Assembly: GCA_018262795.1 (NCBI GenBank) | Contig: JADFDM010000011.1 | Location: 44,143-108,142, forward strand | Length of the DNA stretch: 64,000 nt | Direction of reading: 5' to 3' | Source of the DNA: Sphingobacteriales bacterium | GTDB lineage: Bacteria > Bacteroidota > Bacteroidia > Chitinophagales > LD1 | Shown: positions 57,938 through 64,000 of the stretch, piece after piece | Numbering within the stretch: the stretch's first letter is position 1 | Layout: each line of letters opens with the position of its first letter | Translations under genes and position numbers: made by a program | The notes under the pieces: generated by a model | Database searches by the model: none | Told to the model about the DNA's origin: nothing | The model's input: only the letters and a program-made list of their open reading frames with translations

Positions 57938-60229
57938 TTATTTCCCGGCCACTACTTCCTGATATTTCCGGAAGTATTCATCAGCCAGTGCAGTATTTCC
58001 TTTGTTGCGATAGCTCACACTCATATTCATGTAGCCTGCCGGATACTTAGGGTTTAACTCGATTAGCTTTTGCGAAATGGCGATGGCCTCATCAAACTGA
58101 CCGCTGAGGCCGTAAGCCACGCCTAAATCTTCGTAATATAATTCGGCTTTGGGATTCATTTCAATCGCCTTTTTGAGGAACTCAATCGCCTGCCCCAAGT
58201 TATGCCCCACCTTGCCGTAGGCGGTTCCTATGAGATAGTAATCGGCTGCATCGGCCGGCTTTAGTTCATTGCCGCGTTGCAACCAGTAATTCACAGAGTC
58301 GGGCTGATTTATTTTTGCAAAAGCCTGTGCCATCAAATAGCGAATTTCCATCTGCTCGGGCTTCATGTCGTACGCCTTTCGCAAATTCTCAATGGCTTTG
58401 GCTCCATTGTTAGCATCGTTATAGACCACGCCCAGATTAAAGTAGGCATCGTAGTAGCCACCCACTCTGTAAGCTCCGGCTTTTTCGTACACCTCCACTA
58501 CTTCCTCTGCCTTGTGGTCGCGCTTATACAGGGCATTGCCCAGCAATAGCCATGCATTGCTATGAGTGGGGTAAATGCGCAGCGCTTCGTGGAGATGATA
58601 GATGGAGGAGTCTAAAAGCAGGCGAGAGATGGAGCTATCGGGCAACATATTAATCGCATTGAGTTCGGCTTCGGTTTTTGTGCCACAGCTCAGATCGTTG
58701 AAGATAGTCTTAATCATTCCGCTGTCGCGCAAGGCAGTAATATTTGATCCGGCTGCTTTGGTGAGGTCGCCCCCTACCGAGGTTTGTATTTTGGCCGAGT
58801 TAAAACTCACAGAAACATCTCTGCGGAATAGTGTAAAACTATCCTTCCAGTCGAAATTGCGGGAGAAGGTTTTAGCGGAATAAAGTCCGAGGATGACTAA
58901 CAAAGTAGCTCCCAGAAATTTTGGAGATTTAATGTATTTCACTAACAGGTAAGCCAGCACAATGCAAAAGCCCAGAGAACTCATGTAAATAAATCGCTCG
59001 TTCATCAACACCCCAACAGTAAACAGCAAATTGGTGACGACCGAAAAGGTGATGAAATAAAACAAGATACCATAGGCCAAAGGGTTTTTCTTTTGGATGG
59101 TGAACAAGGTATAAAACCCAAGCGCTGCGTTGATGACAAAGGAGAGAATAAACTTGCCATCGTTCAGATCCACATAGGGGATTTGATTAAAGTAGTAATC
59201 GTGAGTGAGCGGATGAGGAAATACTAATAGCTTAAAATAGTAGAGGAAAGTGAGCACTGCGGTGGCAAAATGTTGGGTGCCGGTAGCCAACAGAAAAGGG
59301 TTGTTCAAAATTTCGGGAGAATCTTGCGTAATGCCCGCCTGCGTAAATTGAGCGCGGAGTATTAAAAAGATGGCCACCGGCACCGCATAAGCGCCAAGTG
59401 TGATCGCATAGTCCTTTATTTTTGCTTTGGTAAAAAAGTAAAAGGTTAAAGGGATAATAGCGAAGAAGGTGATCGCATTTTCTTTTGAAAGCAGTGCGAT
59501 AAAAAAGATGACCGCACCCCAAACTACATGCCTCATTTTGCCGGTTTTGGCATAGCGCACCGCAGCTAAAAGTGCCAGCAGAGAGAAGAGCATACACATC
59601 ACTTCATCGCGACCTTTGATGTTGGCCACCGCTTCGGTATGAATGGGATGAGCCGCATACAGCAGCGTAATAATAAAGGGGAGAGAAAAGTAAAAGGGGG
59701 TTCCTTTTTTAGGGGGGAATAGTTGCTGCAACAAATAATACAGCACCAACCCCGTAAAACCAAAAAGCAGGATATTTATTAAGTGGCTGAGGAAGGGATT
59801 GAGATACGGATCGTTATCCGTCATAATAATATTCTTGTCGGTGATTACTTCGCGTTTGTCGCCTCTGATATGGCGCATCATTTCATATTCCACCGAGAGG
59901 GTGACCATACTCAAGGGGCGGTAACGCCCTCCGCTCACTAATTTTGCACCTCGCTCGCCAAAGAAGCCTTCAAACATGTCGTGCGTAAAGTGGTCTTTGA
60001 TACCTCCAAAGCCTTTCTTGGTGAATTTATTATCGGTGACCACAATGGTATCGTCAATCGCATAGCGGTTTTGCAGGGTATTGCTATACAACAATAGCGA
60101 GAAAATAAAGATGATGAGATAGGGCGTGAAAGAGGGAAACTGAATGGCGGCAGAAGAAACGGGCGGTAGAGGAGTGCTTACGGTTGTCTGCTTGATACCG
60201 GTATTGACTGTTTTCTTCTGTTTGGCCAC
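57938..60229 (-). CDS. TMTC-like membrane glycosyltransferase (GT-C) with C-terminal TPR repeats
   Basis: YAIDD, YRPL, HPIHTEAVANIKGRDE, LLSKENA, ERFIY, then TPRs; probable GTG start at 60229. Confidence 0.85.
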   Translation of the reverse strand: MAKQKKTVNTGIKQTTVSTPLPPVSSAAIQFPSFTPYLIIFIFSLLLYSNTLQNRYAIDDTIVVTDNKFTKKGFGGIKDHFTHDMFEGFFGERGAKLVSGGRYRPLSMVTLSVEYEMMRHIRGDKREVITDKNIIMTDNDPYLNPFLSHLINILLFGFTGLVLYYLLQQLFPPKKGTPFYFSLPFIITLLYAAHPIHTEAVANIKGRDEVMCMLFSLLALLAAVRYAKTGKMRHVVWGAVIFFIALLSKENAITFFAIIPLTFYFFTKAKIKDYAITLGAYAVPVAIFLILRAQFTQAGITQDSPEILNNPFLLATGTQHFATAVLTFLYYFKLLVFPHPLTHDYYFNQIPYVDLNDGKFILSFVINAALGFYTLFTIQKKNPLAYGILFYFITFSVVTNLLFTVGVLMNERFIYMSSLGFCIVLAYLLVKYIKSPKFLGATLLVILGLYSAKTFSRNFDWKDSFTLFRRDVSVSFNSAKIQTSVGGDLTKAAGSNITALRDSGMIKTIFNDLSCGTKTEAELNAINMLPDSSISRLLLDSSIYHLHEALRIYPTHSNAWLLLGNALYKRDHKAEEVVEVYEKAGAYRVGGYYDAYFNLGVVYNDANNGAKAIENLRKAYDMKPEQMEIRYLMAQAFAKINQPDSVNYWLQRGNELKPADAADYYLIGTAYGKVGHNLGQAIEFLKKAIEMNPKAELYYEDLGVAYGLSGQFDEAIAISQKLIELNPKYPAGYMNMSVSYRNKGNTALADEYFRKYQEVVAGK

Positions 60230-60599
60230 TGTAAAAATTTTGTGTGCAAAGTAAGCAAGTGTTATTTGGCAAACAACCTTCGCCTTGAACCTGCCAACGC
60301 TTGGGGGCAAAACAGGTATAAGTTTTCGAAGCGTGGCCTCCTTGCGAGAGGCTTTTAGTCATTTTCGGTTGACCCTCATCTTGGTAGATTTGTCCATAAC
60401 CAATAGGCCTATGATAATCGTTTGGAGGAGGGTGAAATTCTGATTGAAATCGCCTTTCGTAATTTTCTGAAAATCCAAAAGGAGGCACTAACTGAATGTC
60501 CTCATCTATATTCACTGTACTATTCACAATGTATAAGCGTGAGTGATAAGCGAAAAGTGGGTTTGTTCATTGTATCTATCCTTTGACACCCACTGTACT

Positions 60600-61280
60600 T
60601 TATTTGCGAGCCATTATCCTTTCCTCTTGTTCTCGTTGTTTTAACGGAACAAAATTTTCCACAAAGGCTACCTGGGCATTTACCATTGGGAGCGGCCGGT
60701 TATAGGGTATCATAGAATCCAACTCAAACGATAGTACTGGCATTCGTCTGTTTTTCTGTTTCAGATAATGGTTCACATAAATTGCCTGCATAGGATCTGT
60801 GGCGATGGCTACATTTTTAAAATCGAGACTATCTGCCAGTTGCAAACCGTAATCAATATTCTCCGTACTATGTTGGGCACGGGTTTCAAAAAATGTATAA
60901 TCAGGTGGCACGCCCAGCGAATCTGCAATTATTTTCATGGTCAATCCCTCTACAAAAGGTGTGTAAACGGCAGCACCTGAAAAAATAATATTACGGGCAA
61001 TTCCTTTTTCGTACAAGCTAATGGCCCAGTAGATGCGCGCTCTGAAAATGCGGTTTGCCATCACACTGTCAAACGCATTGCCCGGCACAATGATGGCATC
61101 AAAGGGACCGGAAGAAATGGCTCGTTTATAAGTGTTATCTGTAATCAGGTCAATTACTCCGCAAGAGTTCATCATCACAGCAGAGAGGAGTACCAGCGCA
61201 CTCATACGAGTGCGAGAACAAGCAGTGGCAGCAGGGAAAACACAACATGAACTGCCTGCTTTGATTCGGACAGATTTCAT
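60600..61280 (-). CDS. YdcF/DUF218 family protein
   Basis: DAIIVPG, IIFSGAAVYTP.VEG, E.RAQHSTEN, ATDP.Q; true start may be downstream. Confidence 0.8.
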   Translation of the reverse strand: MKSVRIKAGSSCCVFPAATACSRTRMSALVLLSAVMMNSCGVIDLITDNTYKRAISSGPFDAIIVPGNAFDSVMANRIFRARIYWAISLYEKGIARNIIFSGAAVYTPFVEGLTMKIIADSLGVPPDYTFFETRAQHSTENIDYGLQLADSLDFKNVAIATDPMQAIYVNHYLKQKNRRMPVLSFELDSMIPYNRPLPMVNAQVAFVENFVPLKQREQEERIMARK

Positions 61281-61404
61281 AACAGTAGGTTGGGTGATGT
61301 AAACTGCCTTTCATGTTTGGTTTTTTTCGTGCGGTATGTTTAATTAACGGAGAGGCTTCTGATTTCGTATGTATTTTCTTAGTATTACACAGCCGGGAAG
61401 AGGT

Positions 61405-62568
61405 ATGAAGATTGTAGAGGTAAGCGATAAAGATTCAGAAAAGGAGTTCATTGAACTTCCCTTTCGCATTTACCGCGATGACGCCAACTGGATTGCTCCG
61501 TTAAGACAGGACATCCAAAAAGTATTCAACTCCAAAAAAAATCCGTTCTACCACCACGGAGAATGCAGCCGTTGGATTCTATTGGATGACAGCGAAAACA
61601 CGATCGGTAGAATAGCCGCCTTTATCAATCACGAAACAGCATTTACTGAAGATCAGCCTACAGGAGGCTGCGGTTTTTTTGAGTGTATCAAAAACCGCGA
61701 GGCGGCCTTTTTACTTTTTGATACTGCGAAAAAATGGCTGCTGGATAGAAAGATGGAAGCAATGGATGGGCCGGTAAACTTTGGAGAGCGCAATGCCTGG
61801 TGGGGATTATTGGTAGAGGGTTTCACCCCTCCTACTTATCAAATGAACTACAACCCACCTTATTATATAGACTTTTTCGAGGGGTATGGTTTCCGAGATT
61901 ACTTTCAGCAATACTCTTATTCTATACAGGTGAATGCCGCGAGACCGGAACGCTATAAACGAATTGTAGAGAGGCTACTCCATGCGAAGGAATACACGTT
62001 CCGCCATGTGGAAGCCGGAAAACTAAAACACTATGCCAGCGACTTTCGCAATATCTACAACCGCACATGGAAGTTTCTCCCCAACTTCAAAGAGATGAGC
62101 GAAGAGCAAGCATTGAGTATGATGAACAGTATGCGCCCGGTGATGATCAACTACTTGTGCTGGTTTGGCTATTATAAAGAGGATCCCGTAGCTATGTTTA
62201 TCATGCTGCCCGAATTGAACGGTTGGTTTAAACATCTAAACGGGAACTTCAACTTTTGGGGGATACTGAAATTCCTTTGGCTGAAAACCTTTGACCGAAG
62301 CAATCGAAAAGTATTCGGAATTATTTTCGGGGTAGTACCCGAACATCAGAAGAAAGGAGTAGAGGCGGCAATTGTAATAGCAGCCGATAAGGTGGTGCGG
62401 CACAAAAACCGATGGGACGAAATTGAATTAGTGTGGGTGGGAGATTTTAATGCGCGCATGGTGCATACCTGCGAAATTTTAGGCGGGAAAATTGTAAAGA
62501 AACATATCACTTACCGAAAACTTTTTGATGCGCGCAAAGAGTTTAAGCGGCATCCCGTGATTGAGTAA
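61405..62568 (+). CDS. GNAT-fold hypothetical protein (YghO-like)
   Basis: FIELP..IY..D.NWIAPL, GRIAAFIN, GFFECI, YNPPYY, GVVPEHQKKG. Confidence 0.75.
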   Translation: MKIVEVSDKDSEKEFIELPFRIYRDDANWIAPLRQDIQKVFNSKKNPFYHHGECSRWILLDDSENTIGRIAAFINHETAFTEDQPTGGCGFFECIKNREAAFLLFDTAKKWLLDRKMEAMDGPVNFGERNAWWGLLVEGFTPPTYQMNYNPPYYIDFFEGYGFRDYFQQYSYSIQVNAARPERYKRIVERLLHAKEYTFRHVEAGKLKHYASDFRNIYNRTWKFLPNFKEMSEEQALSMMNSMRPVMINYLCWFGYYKEDPVAMFIMLPELNGWFKHLNGNFNFWGILKFLWLKTFDRSNRKVFGIIFGVVPEHQKKGVEAAIVIAADKVVRHKNRWDEIELVWVGDFNARMVHTCEILGGKIVKKHITYRKLFDARKEFKRHPVIE

Positions 62569-62569
62569 A

Positions 62570-64000
62570 CTATTCTTTCTCCGCTGTTTTCCATTTGCCT
62601 TTCTTCATCTCGTTCCAATCATTTTCAAAAAGGTGGTTTATATCCTCCGTTGTTAATGGAGTCACTGCTTTAAACTTTGCCGGGTTTTCGGCAGGCTTCA
62701 AATAATTCCAGTTTTGCCGGATATAATTTTGGGCTTCACTTCGGTTCAACAGAAAATCGGAAACAGGAAAGGGATGAATCATCATCCTGAACCAAGTGGC
62801 ATACACAAAACTTATCAGTTCATCGGCCTTTACGTTCCTCTCGTTTTTCTCGGCTGATTTAAAATCGTACAACAATTTCAAGTAATGGAGATAAGCCTTG
62901 TAGTCGTTGATGTTTAAATTTCGCAGGCTATCGGTTCTTGCGGGCGATTTCGCCTTCTCTATTATTTCAAAAGCATTCAGCAATGCCTCTCTTCGATTCA
63001 TCTTTCCGCCCCTGAGCACCTCCTCACTTTGTTGTAAAGCAGGAGCGGCAGCCCCATAATTATCGTAATAATATTTGGCTATTAGTTCCTCAATGTTTTC
63101 ATTCATGTCCCACGAAAGCCGGCTGAAAATATACAACCCTAAACCGGTAGCAGCCGTGCTGTAAGAACTCTCTAAGGTGACTCCTTTAATTCCCTGGCGA
63201 TACCAATACTTAATTCTGTCCGCATATTGCTCCGGCCGCTCCCCGTTTTGCAAAGGCATGTCTAAGTTATTTATGGGTAAGCCGTAATAGTCGTAAATGA
63301 AAAGATGCTCGGTTTTCAGCTTCCACGCCTTCATCATTTCTGTGGGGGAGGAATAGTGCTGATAGCCATAAGGGATAATCTGTACCAACACATTTTTCTC
63401 TATTGCAAAATCGGGAGGAGCCGCATGCGTGTTATAGGCATATATATTGACAAAGGCAGTGGATGAAATTTTCTGAAAAGCCTGGGCTGTTAAATTTGCC
63501 AAGTAAAAAACCTGATTGCTAATGCTGCCTAACTTCCGGCATTTTTCGCAGGTGCAAAATCCATCACCGTCTGACGGTTCTACCGATACAAAATACTGCT
63601 GAGCATTCGGACTTTGCTTCATTTGCTTTTGCAACTGCGTCACCCTATCATTTACATAAAGCCTTTGGAAACCGGTATCGCTTACGCAAAACTTAGAAGC
63701 GGTATTTACAGGTGAGCGCTCCCCCTTTACCAAAGCCATATACTCCGGATGTGCTCTTAACTCAACTTTATTCCTCCACAAAAATTCATTCCACGAATGT
63801 CCTTTGAGATGATACGCCCCTCCAAAACGGTTTCTGCGATACCAAGTGTTCCAGTTTCGATCAACGAGTTTTTGTTTATCTACAAATGTATTGCGCGGAG
63901 TGCCGAAGGTGCCAAAGAAGGTGCGAAGAGCAAATGCAGGGGTGTATATGCTATCTACCTTTAAGCCTATATTTTTTAGCGATGGAATGTACGCATGTTC
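62570..64000 (-). CDS. DUF4838-like (GH-associated) protein, 5' end outside window
   Basis: Frame stays open from 64000 to the stop at 62570; SVEPSDGDGFCTCEKC, YAYNTHAAPP. Confidence 0.75.
   Translation of the reverse strand, partial: EHAYIPSLKNIGLKVDSIYTPAFALRTFFGTFGTPRNTFVDKQKLVDRNWNTWYRRNRFGGAYHLKGHSWNEFLWRNKVELRAHPEYMALVKGERSPVNTASKFCVSDTGFQRLYVNDRVTQLQKQMKQSPNAQQYFVSVEPSDGDGFCTCEKCRKLGSISNQVFYLANLTAQAFQKISSTAFVNIYAYNTHAAPPDFAIEKNVLVQIIPYGYQHYSSPTEMMKAWKLKTEHLFIYDYYGLPINNLDMPLQNGERPEQYADRIKYWYRQGIKGVTLESSYSTAATGLGLYIFSRLSWDMNENIEELIAKYYYDNYGAAAPALQQSEEVLRGGKMNRREALLNAFEIIEKAKSPARTDSLRNLNINDYKAYLHYLKLLYDFKSAEKNERNVKADELISFVYATWFRMMIHPFPVSDFLLNRSEAQNYIRQNWNYLKPAENPAKFKAVTPLTTEDINHLFENDWNEMKKGKWKTAEKE

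Noticed and set aside
60250..60599. Intergenic region with hairpins and the 147-aa ORF 60084-60527; considered 6S-like RNA
   Set aside because: Only a short CCTTGAACC resemblance and no long closing helix found by eye; the ORF overlaps the TPR gene and has no recognisable motif.

Overview
Chromosomal window from a Bacteroidota bacterium. The assignment rests on T9SS C-terminal domains, gldA, TAnnTTTG-type promoters and a 47-nt type II-C repeat. It holds housekeeping genes (prmA, tpiA, cdsA, yebC, glyS, gldA, tRNA-Arg(CCG)), a MarR-controlled EmrAB/TolC efflux operon, a Reeler/cytochrome-like/YceI/DUF5777 cluster, a nitrosative-stress cluster (truncated Hb, ric, DUF488), and two convergent metal operons (CzcA-TolC fusion efflux; OprC-like TonB uptake), each headed by a small ORF ending in an xxPP motif. 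It also carries a complete type II-C CRISPR-Cas9 locus: cas9-cas1-cas2, 43 repeats with 42 spacers, and a compact tracrRNA candidate. Four observations stand out. (i) Array spacer 9 matches the locus' own tracrRNA promoter and cas9 start region at 20/23 nt with a perfect 12-nt seed, suggesting autoregulation. (ii) An orphan degenerate repeat with a 21-nt insertion and a 30-nt spacer-like segment lies 260 bp beyond the array, resembling a scaRNA or second tracrRNA. (iii) Two near-duplicate spacers differ only in the seed. (iv) An 88-bp duplication of the GH92 gene 3' end brackets the czc module. All calls were made by eye from the sequence and ORF track; no database searches were run.
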